A DNA stretch of 64,000 nt from a virus (Duplodnaviria > Caudoviricetes), in IMG/VR virus record IMGVR_UViG_3300011890_000001, positions 160,001 through 224,000 of that record; one strand, written 5' to 3'. Of this stretch, positions 18,801-28,297 are shown piece by piece. Both the position numbers and the translations under genes were made by a program. Each line of letters opens with the position of its first letter. The first letter of the stretch is position 1. Below the pieces are notes generated by a model. The model was given only the letters and a program-made list of their open reading frames with translations. It made no database searches and was not told where the DNA came from.

Positions 18801-19250
18801 GTGGTCGATCGGCGGGAACGCATACGGCAGATCAGCCACCTGCTCCCACATCACGCGTCGGGGATTGAGCAACTGCTCGGACAGGATCTGAGTGATCTTG
18901 TCAATGTTCAGCGTCCAGTCACCGCCCAGGGTCTGATAACGCTCCATGCGCAGAGCACCCGTCCAGCCTTCGCCCATAAGGGTAAAGCCGCCGTAAATCG
19001 GCTTGCTGCACTGAAGGGACGCATCATGGAAGTAATAGACCGGCAACCAATCCACGCCCTGAATCAGTTCGCGGTTGGAGGGCATGTGGTAGAGCTTGAG
19101 GGTGTCAGCGAAGAACGGCGCTGCATCCGGAATGAAGGTATAAAAATCCGTCAACTCCGGTGGAGCGATGACCTTCAATTCACCGGTTACCAGGTTACTG
19201 GTCTCGGTGCCCGTGGGGTCAAACGGGTATGAAATGTTCAAATTGCTCAT
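15891..19250 (-). CDS. phiKZ-like tail fibre protein with six full and one partial NPH repeat and a large C-terminal beta domain
   Basis: YPFDPTG, APFFA, YQTLGG, FPPIDHDW motifs; about 60-aa repeats; start taken at MSNLN behind a GGAG RBS. Confidence 0.8.
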   Translation of the reverse strand: MSNLNISYPFDPTGTETSNLVTGELKVIAPPELTDFYTFIPDAAPFFADTLKLYHMPSNRELIQGVDWLPVYYFHDASLQCSKPIYGGFTLMGEGWTGALRMERYQTLGGDWTLNIDKITQILSEQLLNPRRVMWEQVADLPYAFPPIDHDWNLQDMVGMTETVEALREIRDALEASGASGLANHLADYDNPHQVTKAQVGLGSVNDYSVATVGEAQQGVVNNRYMTPLRTAQLIEALIGNALTTHINRSDNPHNTTKTHVGLGNVDNYGTATAQQAVAGSATNLFITPAGLTAVVNGPVAGMIAAHSSDLNNPHAVTKGQVGLGSVDNFPTADAPTARLGQSTSHFMTPAGVREAIQAQANDGLTAHVNDQDNPHNTTKVHVGLGNVENLPVATLAHAQAGVSNAHYMTPQRVADYVSLTVGQQLTAHLNDSDNPHGTTKGQVGLGNVDNFATADEQQAVLGQATNLFMTPATTRALIVALGGGSGTGGVDPRVDLHLADMDNPHEVTKDQVGLGNVDNFATADSIMAAAGNSTTHFMTPAGVKVAIQELVGTSFTNHAQDRNNPHDVTAAQVGAYDTDEVDNLLLNKLDTSAQAADSAMLEGMTAEQVLDAARPQVFYPTGATSIGYIWTKLGEITYPTAMALDQGDIVADITGGEPATFGVSSTFRLVLALRNLSLSSLTVGSESFSRDTAFGYVSEVQGSNTVVRLYARAPGGRAPIIVTPIAEKERFFESTATTTVNAPAGIVYLAYSMPPYARQRAIQGDVTFGDMPGNFRPEQVNGSLIEYVSVASTDADELTARVVENNMQQEYGDFYAWSGRRSNYLYDDMTVLDQWGWNSNQGGVLLDAATVEGNAMLHSTKTALNYRFEVEITSSSSEANGAGVLAAVVNVGNRPHAISMVRTPGGLAVVANAGGQKFKLKQVALHVDQGDEINLGSTHGLLAWGDTGAPDANRDPTTYTGDGWDNAGAVRIRVTRTGNILEMETTDFGSTTYLAGEKVTIDLATTAGLADFVDRPSYWGIVSVRQPKTTFRFLQRPQRYRDYVRIGHPDDNGRQRFYRYNGTGWDMSYLGLNNPVVRPNRFYYSDWNGVFYHAQRNGRLQPILIEAYMRANANLVTI

Positions 19251-19390
19251 GTGTAGAAATCTCCAACGAAGGACTTCATCGTATGGCACGATGTAAGAAA
19301 ATACGTGTACCATATCATAGGCCTTTCCATTCCTTTAGGGTAGGGCCATTTGTGTCAGGCACGTAACCTAATTTTGAACGGAAGAAAACC

Positions 19391-20641
19391 ATGCCTTATC
19401 AATACGTATCGGCGACTGCAAAAGAGAATGGGCTGACTGCGCTGTGGCAACCTGCTGATGTCCAGAACATGGTCATCAAGGACATCTATGCGACTTACGC
19501 TGATGTGTGGTTGACGCTGGCACACCCTTCCTCACCGCGACCGCTTTATCTGCTCATGAGTGAGGTGCGCGCATCAATCGCACCCACTTACAGTCACTAC
19601 ACGGTAGCAAATTGGTTGGCGGCTATCGGCAATGCTTCGCTGCCGACTTCGCCGATGGAACCGGTCATCACCACCACGCATGTGAAGTTCATCGACGCAT
19701 GGAAGGCTGGGTATGACATCAAGAAAATCGACATCGGTCGTAATGAAGACACGCAGGTACCCAACTTCGAGTTGAACGACTTGCTGATCTCGCGCGAAGA
19801 CGTAGACTTCGGCATTTACCACCGACGGGCGCTGGTAAGCGTCAATGGCTATTTCCACCGCACCGGTGTGGCAGGAACGAAGCTGCACGTACTGGACGGT
19901 GGACGTACCGGTAGTTTGGGTAACGACAATCGTGTTGGCCTGATCAGTTTCAATGACGTCGCGGCGATTGATCTGATCCCGATTACGCCGGACATGATTC
20001 TCAAGGCGAGCATCGACACTCCGCTGCATTTGCGACACACTATCAAATTGCCCTTCAGTATCGAAAACAAAACCATCCTGTTGTGCGTGGGCGGTTATCT
20101 CCAGATCCTGGATTCCACCTACCAAGTCATCGGCAGTAACAGCATCTCTGTGAACTTCGCACGTATGGGCTGGCCGGAACGATACTTTGACAGCATCGGC
20201 AAGATCGATCTGTCCAGTCTGCCCCTCACACCTATCGATGACGACCACACGCACGTCTCGGTAGAGGAGCTGCTTTCCGACGAAGTGGTGCGTGCTTGGA
20301 TGACGATGTCGCAGTCGTTCTTGGTGGTCGTTAACAGCGATCGAATCTACAAGCGCATTCATTACTGCGGTAATGCTGAAATGCCTGGCCGGTTTGAGAC
20401 CGACGAAGACAAGAAACTGATGCCGATGTTTGCCGGTTACGGTAGGCATGTGAATTACCTCAGTTACGACGACTGGGGCGTACGTATTCACGCCGCGCAT
20501 CCCAACGACAATGTTCGACTAAACTACATGTTCCGCATGGCACGTTGGTTGGAAGAGGGTGCCATCGACAGTTCGCTGCAAGTGCAGCGTCCGTGGGAAT
20601 GGGCTAACGGCTACATGGTTGAGCTTGGTCGCAGTTATTGA
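19391..20641 (+). CDS. Conserved phiKZ-like virion structural protein
   Basis: 416-aa ORF with ALVSVNGYFH, VGGYL, MSQSFLVVV motifs; divergent from the fibre operon. Confidence 0.6.
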   Translation: MPYQYVSATAKENGLTALWQPADVQNMVIKDIYATYADVWLTLAHPSSPRPLYLLMSEVRASIAPTYSHYTVANWLAAIGNASLPTSPMEPVITTTHVKFIDAWKAGYDIKKIDIGRNEDTQVPNFELNDLLISREDVDFGIYHRRALVSVNGYFHRTGVAGTKLHVLDGGRTGSLGNDNRVGLISFNDVAAIDLIPITPDMILKASIDTPLHLRHTIKLPFSIENKTILLCVGGYLQILDSTYQVIGSNSISVNFARMGWPERYFDSIGKIDLSSLPLTPIDDDHTHVSVEELLSDEVVRAWMTMSQSFLVVVNSDRIYKRIHYCGNAEMPGRFETDEDKKLMPMFAGYGRHVNYLSYDDWGVRIHAAHPNDNVRLNYMFRMARWLEEGAIDSSLQVQRPWEWANGYMVELGRSY

Positions 20642-20644
20642 CGA

Positions 20645-20680
20645 CATAACGCCCCCTCCCGTTTGGGAGGGGGCTTATGC
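20645..20680. terminator. Bidirectional hairpin terminator
   Basis: CATAACGCCCCCTCCC-gttt-GGGAGGGGGCTTATG between convergent genes. Confidence 0.75.
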
Positions 20681-20695
20681 TGTTGAAAGCAACAA

Positions 20696-21169
20696 TTACT
20701 TAACCGCCGGTTTCTTTTGTGCGTTTTTCTTTCGCGTTTCAGAAGCGGCAGCATTAACCATGTTGATACGCTTACCGCGCAGGTCACCGGTCAGATCGGC
20801 GACGAAGCCCAGCGAAGCATACAGCTGGCGAGCAGCGACGTTGTCGGAGATGACACCAACGCGATTCACCTTCAGGCTCTTCAGGACAAAACTGGCGTGA
20901 CCCTTACGACGGAACTCCGGCTTGACGTAGAGGTGCGACGCCCAGCAGTTTTCAAAGTTGTTGTAGAAGCGGACCGTCAGGAAGCCTACGACGCGGCTGT
21001 CACAGGTGAGCTGATAGCAGGTGTGGTCTTTGAGATCGAACTGGGTCATGGACTCGTATTCGCCGAGCTCGGCACCACGACCGTCTTCAATCATTTCGTT
21101 GATGAATTCCAACACCAGGCGAGGATGGACTCGCTCATAGCGTTTGAACCCAGGAGGAAAGGTTCGCAC
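20696..21169 (-). CDS. GNAT-family acetyltransferase
   Basis: HLYVKPEFRRKGHA (acetyl-CoA motif A) and NVAARQLYASLGF; start reassigned to GTG 21169 behind a GGAG RBS. Confidence 0.85.
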   Translation of the reverse strand: MRTFPPGFKRYERVHPRLVLEFINEMIEDGRGAELGEYESMTQFDLKDHTCYQLTCDSRVVGFLTVRFYNNFENCWASHLYVKPEFRRKGHASFVLKSLKVNRVGVISDNVAARQLYASLGFVADLTGDLRGKRINMVNAAASETRKKNAQKKPAVK

Positions 21170-21197
21170 TGTAGTTCTCCAGAAATAGTGACGCAAA

Positions 21198-22187
21198 TCA
21201 GATAGTATTGCGCGGCCCCACGATGGGTGCGGTCGAAACAATACCGTTTGCTTGAATTTGTTGTTGGAAGGTAACGGGTCCGACGAACGTGGAAGTTCCG
21301 CCATTGGAAGCACCCGTGAAAGACCCGCCGACTGTCACATTACCGGTGAATGTCGTATTAGGTGTTTCGAACGTGTTGGTAGTTGACTTTACATTGAAAC
21401 TGGGGGTTTCGATATCGAAGTTACTGCTGGCTTCAATCTTGCCAGTCTTGCATTCGATAAGCAACTGCTTCGTCTTGATGTGAACCATCTTCTCCGCAAT
21501 CAGTCGGAAGTTCTCTGGCGCGTATGCGTAGATATCCTTCTTGATCAATTGGAAAAGCGTCCCGTCACCGTTTTGGGTGGACCAGGTATTTTCGGTAGAC
21601 TCCAACTGCGTGAAGTTACCGAAATCGTCGGCGAGTGCCACGACTCCTTCTTTAAGGTTGAACTGCAAGCAATATCTAGCCAACTCGCCAGAGACCTTAG
21701 AGGTCTGCAATTCAATCATCTGATCGTGAGAGGAGAGCACCAAATGGTAGTAGTTTTTTGGGTCGGACATGTCTGCCGACTCATCATCCGTTGCAGATAT
21801 ACGGAAGTGTTTAGTTTCCTTTCTGCGTAGGTGGTCGTCCCAACCAGCTATAATCCAATAGAACTGATCGGTGTCACGATAGCGGTAGATCAAAACACGT
21901 TCACCACGCCGGACGTCCGGTGCGGTGGTCAGGTTTGTTCCGAAAGGTAGCCAGGCGGCGGTGATTGCCGTATCAAGGATCACGCGGCTGGCGTATTCGG
22001 TACCATCGATGTTCTGACCCGTAACTTGAGAATCAAACGGGAGACTCACAATCTCACCATCGAGCATAGTCATCTGCTCAATGGGGGTGACCTCCAAAAA
22101 CTTGGTATCGCGTGGCTTGTTGTTAGCTGCTCTACCGAAGGAATAAAATTTGAGACCTGAGACTTCTGGGTCGAGAACATCGGCCAT
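21198..22187 (-). CDS. Baseplate central spike-like protein (phiKZ gp164-like)
   Basis: AAWLP...TAPDVRRGERVLIYRY (OB-fold-like N-terminus) then beta-strand repeats FDIETPSFNVKSTTNTFETPNTTFTGNVTVGG; adjacent to the SbcC gene. Confidence 0.65.
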   Translation of the reverse strand: MADVLDPEVSGLKFYSFGRAANNKPRDTKFLEVTPIEQMTMLDGEIVSLPFDSQVTGQNIDGTEYASRVILDTAITAAWLPFGTNLTTAPDVRRGERVLIYRYRDTDQFYWIIAGWDDHLRRKETKHFRISATDDESADMSDPKNYYHLVLSSHDQMIELQTSKVSGELARYCLQFNLKEGVVALADDFGNFTQLESTENTWSTQNGDGTLFQLIKKDIYAYAPENFRLIAEKMVHIKTKQLLIECKTGKIEASSNFDIETPSFNVKSTTNTFETPNTTFTGNVTVGGSFTGASNGGTSTFVGPVTFQQQIQANGIVSTAPIVGPRNTI

Positions 22188-22291
22188 GGGGATCATCCTG
22201 CTAAAATACCATAGAATGGTACATCCACTAGGGGTAAAAGAATACATCAATGCCCCTAGTTGTGAACGTTTACTCTGGGGTGTTTTTAACA

Positions 22292-24784
22292 ATGAAGATT
22301 CTGCGTCTGGAACTCTTCGGCTATACTCGAATTGCCGCTAACAACATCAGTCATCTGATCTATACACCCGAGAATCCCTTCCAGTTGATTGTGGGTACCA
22401 ACGGCTCCGGTAAGAGTTCCCTACTGCATGAACTTTCGCCACTGCCTGCACACTCCAGCAACTACACCAAGGAAGGGTATAAGAAAATCACTATCCTTCA
22501 TGGCGGTAAGACCTACCAGCTTGACTCGACTTTCAAAACCGGCAAGCACAGCTTCCTGGTGGACGGGGAAGAACTCAATACGGGCGGTACCCAGGAAGTA
22601 CAGAAGAACCTGGTCTGGCAGCACTTTAAGATCAACAAGGATATCCACGAACTGATGACTGGCGAGATTCGTCTCACTACGCTCTCACCGGCCGACCGCC
22701 GTAAGTGGATCCAGATGATCTCCCGTACCGACTACGGTTACGTGATGGGCGTGTTCAAGCGTGTGGCCAGTCGACTGCGCGATCAACAAGGTGCGATGAA
22801 GCATTTGAATCAACGTCTGGTTCAGGAACATCAGAACCTCCTTCAGCTTGGGGACGTTGAAGGACTGGAAGAGCGTGCCGGTAAGCTGAAGCAAGAGCTT
22901 AATGCGATGATGCTGGAACGTATTCCCAACATGGAAGACTACCAGACACTGATGCATGTCCTCCGCGGGCTAGAAGATCAAGTGCAGCAAGACTACAGGT
23001 CCTTTTTCTCCAACATGACGCTGGTCCCCAACGGGAAGTCGTATATGGGGATGGACGACGTACTGATGGACCATACCTCAAAGGTCTCCACCATTCAGTC
23101 CGAACGCGCACTGCTGGAACGCAGTACGTCTGAGTACTCGGAAATGGAAAACATCATCAGTTCGGTGAACCGGGACTCCACCGCTGCCTTGGAAGACATT
23201 CCCGGGTTGATCTTGGAGGAAGAACGACTGATTGAAAACATCATGTCGAACCTCCCGAGTTTCCTGAACACGACCACTGACCTGTCGGTATGGCGCACTA
23301 CCACAGATCCGGTTTCGGCCGAACGTGACCTGAAGAGTATCGCTCCAGAACTGACGGTGATCTTGAACGAACTACCTGTCAATACCGATCGCGGATTCTC
23401 CAGAGAAAAACACGAAGCGGCCGACAATGACGCCAAGCGTCTGGTTTCCCTGATTGATTCTCTGGACAGTCGCATTCGTGCCAATCAGAACCGACTGAAG
23501 CTGATGGAGGAAGCACAGACGTCTCAGTGTCCCAGTTGCAAGTACATTTGGCGTCCGGGCTATTCGGATCGGGAAGCGGAGGAGAACCGTCAAAATACCG
23601 CCGAGATGATCACTGAGCAAGGAAAGGCTCAGGATGCACTGACGGCGGTTCGGGCATTCCTGGAACGCAGTGGGGAGGTGGCTGATCTCTATCGCCGCTT
23701 TAATCAATACACTGTCAGCTTTAGTCGCCTGTCGCCATTCTGGGATTCTATCCTCAGTACTCAGATGTTGCAAAACGATCCGCGTGGCTGCGTCCTGCTG
23801 CTTCGGCAGTATGCCGAAGAACTCCGCGGACTGGTCGCTGTGGAAGACGCTAATCGCCGTATCAGCAACTACCGCGAAGTCGGGGCCCATCAGGCACAAC
23901 TGGGTCAGTTGAGCCACATGACTCAGCGCATGGCTACCCTGCAGGAAGAAATCCGTCGACGTACGGACTCACTGCTGGAGTTGCAGGAGGACAAGCAGAC
24001 CATCGAGCAGTTCCGTCGCAAGCTGGACAGTCTCTATGTGACCGCCAAGCGTTTGGAGGAAGCTGGGCAGAAGATCAACGCCATTCAGGCTAAGTTGGTT
24101 GACGCGATCCGTAATGACTTGATTGACGAAACGGTAAACTCTCACCAGATGGAACTGGCGGGCATCACACGTCGTCTGTCTGACCGTGATAGTCAGTCTA
24201 ACATCATCCGTGATCTGGAAACCAGTCGCATCAATGTGGAGAGTGATGTTCGCGCCTTGGACATGCTCACCAAGACGCTGTCTCCAATCGGTGGTTTGAT
24301 TGCCGATCAGCTGCGTGGCGACATTGGCGGTCTGGTAGCCAATATCAACTCGGTCATTGGGTGCGTGTGGACCTACGAGATGGAAGTCCAGCCATGTGGC
24401 CTGACCTCCTCAGAACTGGACTATCGTTTCCCTGTCCATATTCCGACCTCACCTAACCGCAGCTCCCCGGACGTATTGAAGACGTCCAAGGGTCAGCGAC
24501 AGATGATCGACTTGGCATTCCAGCTGACGGTGATGCTCTATCTGGAGCTGAACGACTATCCGTTGTTCATGGACGAACCAGGCGAAGGGTTTGACGAACA
24601 ACACCGCATTCGCTTGATGGACTTCGTGAAGCAGCTGATGGACAGCGGTCGGCATTCCCAGTTGTTCATGATCTCCCACTATGCGTCAAACCACGGCGGC
24701 TTCAACAATGCTGAGATCTTGGTGCTTGACGGCAGCAATATCTCACTGCCTGGCCGTTACAACCAACACGTTGTAATGAGCTGA
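22292..24784 (+). CDS. sbcC: SbcC/Rad50-like SMC ATPase
   Basis: Walker A GTNGSGKS, long coiled coils, central CPSC zinc hook, signature TSKGQ, Walker B FMDEPGEGFD, ISH switch. Confidence 0.9.
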   Translation: MKILRLELFGYTRIAANNISHLIYTPENPFQLIVGTNGSGKSSLLHELSPLPAHSSNYTKEGYKKITILHGGKTYQLDSTFKTGKHSFLVDGEELNTGGTQEVQKNLVWQHFKINKDIHELMTGEIRLTTLSPADRRKWIQMISRTDYGYVMGVFKRVASRLRDQQGAMKHLNQRLVQEHQNLLQLGDVEGLEERAGKLKQELNAMMLERIPNMEDYQTLMHVLRGLEDQVQQDYRSFFSNMTLVPNGKSYMGMDDVLMDHTSKVSTIQSERALLERSTSEYSEMENIISSVNRDSTAALEDIPGLILEEERLIENIMSNLPSFLNTTTDLSVWRTTTDPVSAERDLKSIAPELTVILNELPVNTDRGFSREKHEAADNDAKRLVSLIDSLDSRIRANQNRLKLMEEAQTSQCPSCKYIWRPGYSDREAEENRQNTAEMITEQGKAQDALTAVRAFLERSGEVADLYRRFNQYTVSFSRLSPFWDSILSTQMLQNDPRGCVLLLRQYAEELRGLVAVEDANRRISNYREVGAHQAQLGQLSHMTQRMATLQEEIRRRTDSLLELQEDKQTIEQFRRKLDSLYVTAKRLEEAGQKINAIQAKLVDAIRNDLIDETVNSHQMELAGITRRLSDRDSQSNIIRDLETSRINVESDVRALDMLTKTLSPIGGLIADQLRGDIGGLVANINSVIGCVWTYEMEVQPCGLTSSELDYRFPVHIPTSPNRSSPDVLKTSKGQRQMIDLAFQLTVMLYLELNDYPLFMDEPGEGFDEQHRIRLMDFVKQLMDSGRHSQLFMISHYASNHGGFNNAEILVLDGSNISLPGRYNQHVVMS

Positions 24785-24839
24785 ATCAATCATATAGGGC
24801 AGGCAAAACCTGCCCACAACTTTCATAAAGGGTTTAACC

Positions 24840-25814
24840 GTGTCTTCCAAGAAAACTGTCAGTCCGCTCTACCTGGAAAGTGCTGAGATCGTCGCACTCC
24901 AGAACAACATCGGCGCCATGCGCCAGTTCAACGAAAGTCTGGTCCGGATCATCGCCGAAAACCTACCGTCGACTGGCCCGCAGCTCGGTAAGCTGCGTGA
25001 GAAATATCTCCAGAGCCTGGCCCAGATCGAATCGACTCGCGCCCACATGATCTTTGAAGGTCGCGGCACCCGCGGTATGGCGCTGGCCAGTGCTATTCGC
25101 ACTGAGACCGACCGTGCCAAGTACGAAGCCCTGCTGCGTCGACCACTGGCTGAGACCGTGGACCTGGACCCGTTGTCCAAGCTGATTGACAACCTGTTTG
25201 GGTTGACCGACGCTCAAGGCAATAACGGCTGGCTGAACCTGCCCATGATTAGCGACCAGCACTGTCCGCTGGAGCCGATCACCAAGCCGGCACCGGAAGA
25301 AGACATCGAGGTCCGCGCAATGGAAGACGGCGTGTACCTGACCGATCAGCACTACGAACTGATCGTGAAGGTGGACGATGACACGACGCTGTTGTTCAAC
25401 CCGATCAACGGCCTGCGTTTCGTAAGCTTCTGTCCGGCAGAAGATGCCAATATCAGTCACGTCTGCGCTAATTACCTGGACGTGGAAAAGGCCTGCGCAG
25501 CAGTGCAGGGTCTGATGACCAAGGCCGGACTGCGCGACATCACCATCGCAGACCGCATGGAACTGCACCGCGTCGCTGCGCTGATCTCTCCGGAACACTA
25601 CGCCACAGCCGGTGTCGTGCGTAACGGTAAGGAGTTCAGCTTTACTCTGGCCGAGAACTACGTCCTGACCACCAATGCCCGTGGCGTTGGGAAAATCGAA
25701 GAGCGTCCGGATGCCACCAAGTGGGAAGATCTCACTCTCCTGACTCGCCGCTACCTGTACCAGGAAAACCTGCAGCGACTGAAGGGCCTGATCGAAGTAT
25801 CTTCAGCAAAGTGA
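24840..25814 (+). CDS. Hypothetical protein
   Basis: 324-aa ORF with typical codon bias; no recognisable motif. Confidence 0.7.
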   Translation: MSSKKTVSPLYLESAEIVALQNNIGAMRQFNESLVRIIAENLPSTGPQLGKLREKYLQSLAQIESTRAHMIFEGRGTRGMALASAIRTETDRAKYEALLRRPLAETVDLDPLSKLIDNLFGLTDAQGNNGWLNLPMISDQHCPLEPITKPAPEEDIEVRAMEDGVYLTDQHYELIVKVDDDTTLLFNPINGLRFVSFCPAEDANISHVCANYLDVEKACAAVQGLMTKAGLRDITIADRMELHRVAALISPEHYATAGVVRNGKEFSFTLAENYVLTTNARGVGKIEERPDATKWEDLTLLTRRYLYQENLQRLKGLIEVSSAK

Positions 25815-25817
25815 CGA

Positions 25818-25855
25818 CATAAGCCCCCTCCCCTTTCGGGGAGGGGGCGTTATGC
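25818..25855. terminator. Bidirectional hairpin terminator
   Basis: CATAAGCCCCCTCCCC-tttc-GGGGAGGGGGCGTTATG. Confidence 0.75.
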
Positions 25856-25866
25856 TGTTTGCTTCA

Positions 25867-26481
25867 TCACGGACCAGACTGAAGACCAATGATGATGTTC
25901 TGCAACTCGTCGATCGTGGCCGCCTGAGCATCGATCGTTGCCATGTATTCAATCACACGTGCTCGATCGATCTTACGATTACTGATTGCAGCCTGTCGTG
26001 CCGATTCAAGCGTCGCGTGCTCGGTTTCGGTGACAATGGCCGCGTACGGTACCGCGTGCTCCTTCACCGTTGCCACGTTGCCCGTGATGTCCGAAGCTGC
26101 TGTGGCCAAGGCGTCCTTGATGAAATCAAGGGCCAGGTCGGAAGGCATCGGACCCAGATCCACCGAGAGTACAATGCGCGAGTACGCTACGGTATCCAGA
26201 GCCGGGTAGCCGAGGATGTAAGTATCTGGCACGAAGATCGTGGCGGCCGTACTCGAACGCAGGGTGACGATATGGGCGCCTTCAGCGGCGTCGTTCTCAT
26301 AATCCTGCTGAGTCAAACCAAGCGGTCGATAGAAGAGATCAAAGACCGACTCTCCTTTCTTGGTGAAGTCACTGAAGCTACGAATAGCGATGACTTCATA
26401 GATCGCCTGCAGGGAAGCGGGCCACGGCGTTTTGAGCTGGAACAGCCCCTTCGCATGCATCGCTGGCGTCATCTTTGCCAT
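25867..26481 (-). CDS. Conserved phiKZ-like hypothetical protein
   Basis: TP...KGLFQLKTPW, IFVPDTYILGYP, LSVDLGPMP motifs; C-terminal coiled coil. Confidence 0.65.
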   Translation of the reverse strand: MAKMTPAMHAKGLFQLKTPWPASLQAIYEVIAIRSFSDFTKKGESVFDLFYRPLGLTQQDYENDAAEGAHIVTLRSSTAATIFVPDTYILGYPALDTVAYSRIVLSVDLGPMPSDLALDFIKDALATAASDITGNVATVKEHAVPYAAIVTETEHATLESARQAAISNRKIDRARVIEYMATIDAQAATIDELQNIIIGLQSGP

Positions 26482-26499
26482 CGGGTGTCACCTTTTTGA

Positions 26500-28209
26500 T
26501 TAAGGTTGGTTGCGGTAAATGTGCAGCTTGAAGACCTTGGTGATGCGTGCACCAGCAAAGTCCTGGATGCCCACTTCGATCTCAACGTCACCCGTAGCCA
26601 CCGGCAGGCCGGTCAGCACGCCGGTATCCGGATCCAGATCCAGAGCGTCCACGTAGGCAACGCTGGGTGCCTGTACGATGTCGTAGGCGTAGGGTTCAGT
26701 GCCGCCGATACCAACAAAGCGGGTGCTGTAGACCACGTCTACTTCAGCATTGGGCAGAGCGTCAATACCTTCCACGCCTTCCACGGTCAAACGCAGTGCG
26801 TCAACCGCCTGCGGTGGGAAATAACTCTGCATGGTCTGACGACTCACCACCAGGTACTGGATGTTTGCATAGCTGGCAGCTGCAAACAGAATCACTTCAC
26901 CATTACCGTTTTGGCGACGCAGGCGAGTAATACCCTGAGGCATGTCCGAATAGTCGGTCATGGATTCTGCACAGATCAGAAGACGGTGCAGCAGTTCTAC
27001 CCAACGCTGGGTGTCCAGAGACATGCGGTCAAAGTCAGTGGAGTCGGTGGTGACCAGCAGATAGTCCGGCCAGATCTCTTCCAGGCGATCCAGACCCATC
27101 CGGTTCTCAGGACCGCCGACGGCCAACAGAGCCAACGACTTGTACGTGGCACCCGTGGTGCTCAGTACTGCATCAATGTGCGCTTCCGTATAGCCAGTAC
27201 CGGCGGCAGTACGCTTGGCAATCGTACGGGCCATCTGCAGATTCACGATCGGCGAGTACATACCCTCGATCAGGGTCTGGTTCGGAATACCGAACTGACT
27301 CCACATCGGAGTGATGATGATTTCAGTCGAAGTGAAAATGTCGGGGAGGATCAGAGCCCACTCTTCACGCGGACGAGTAGAGTTATCCAGGATCCAGTCG
27401 GCCAGACCGGCCTTCAGGGCATCAATGTTGTCGCCGGCGGCGCCGTAGATAACAAAGGTCCAGTTGGTCGGAATACGGTGGTTGCGATCTTGCGGGTCGA
27501 CATAGTCGAAAGACAAGGTACGCAGGATAGTTTCTGGCTTACCGTCCTTACGTTCTTCCACCTTCACCATGGTTTCGGTGAGGGTGCGCTGGTTCAACAG
27601 GGTCTCGACCTGACCGGCAGTGCCGAAGAAATCATCCAGGGTGTCGATCGGTGCAATGAACTCCAGGTTGTACTCATCGTACTCGTTGGAGAAATACTGA
27701 TCGGCAAACCACAGACGGATGCGCGAGCGCTCAGGATCGAAATCCACCGGATCAGTACCGAGTACCTCATCCGCGTTCACGTAGAACGACAGACCCGATG
27801 GGAAGTTGACCACGCCGTCAGAAACGAGCGGCCCAATGGCCAGGTCGCGGATCTGGGTGCCGTATTCTGCGTTGATTGCCTGACGGATTTGCTCGACGGT
27901 GGTCAGTGCGCCTTGGATCAGGATTTGGTCATGCAGCCACCGAGACAGGCTCAGTACCAGATCGGTGTATTGCTGGACCGGTTCAACAGAGTCACCGGCT
28001 TCGTCCCTGCTGGAGAAAACCGAAAGGCTCAGTGTGGTCGGGGCGGTGCCTGCCGACGGGATGCTGTAGTAGGTACGGTCCTTGGAGAAAGTGGCGCTAC
28101 GCAGCGACAGTTCACCAAAAGGAGCAGTAGCAAATTCAGCGTTGTCGGCACGATCGCCGATAGTTACGAAACCCTTCAGGCTATAAGTATCGGCCTGGAC
28201 TGCGTTCAT
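26500..28209 (-). CDS. Virion structural protein (phiKZ gp157-like) with C-terminal Ig-like (He_PIG-type) domain
   Basis: YSLKGF, FGELS, RLWFADQYF, IYGAAGDNID, LPDIF; C-terminus GGTEPYAY...LDPDTGVLTGLP...VGIQD...KVFKLHI. Confidence 0.7.
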   Translation of the reverse strand: MNAVQADTYSLKGFVTIGDRADNAEFATAPFGELSLRSATFSKDRTYYSIPSAGTAPTTLSLSVFSSRDEAGDSVEPVQQYTDLVLSLSRWLHDQILIQGALTTVEQIRQAINAEYGTQIRDLAIGPLVSDGVVNFPSGLSFYVNADEVLGTDPVDFDPERSRIRLWFADQYFSNEYDEYNLEFIAPIDTLDDFFGTAGQVETLLNQRTLTETMVKVEERKDGKPETILRTLSFDYVDPQDRNHRIPTNWTFVIYGAAGDNIDALKAGLADWILDNSTRPREEWALILPDIFTSTEIIITPMWSQFGIPNQTLIEGMYSPIVNLQMARTIAKRTAAGTGYTEAHIDAVLSTTGATYKSLALLAVGGPENRMGLDRLEEIWPDYLLVTTDSTDFDRMSLDTQRWVELLHRLLICAESMTDYSDMPQGITRLRRQNGNGEVILFAAASYANIQYLVVSRQTMQSYFPPQAVDALRLTVEGVEGIDALPNAEVDVVYSTRFVGIGGTEPYAYDIVQAPSVAYVDALDLDPDTGVLTGLPVATGDVEIEVGIQDFAGARITKVFKLHIYRNQP

Positions 28210-28297
28210 CAAGTTACTCACAGTAAGCGCTCCAATTGGCTCTGTTAGTGTTAATCTATGAAAGGACTCTATACCATTAAACAATCAGGAGGTCGCT

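Noticed and set aside
15945-19232. 1095-aa antisense ORF, and similar ones at 13977-15641, 26506-28248, 44214-45929, 55341-57956 and 59348-61042
   Set aside because: Shadow ORFs of codon-biased real genes; apparent repeats only mirror the sense-strand repeats
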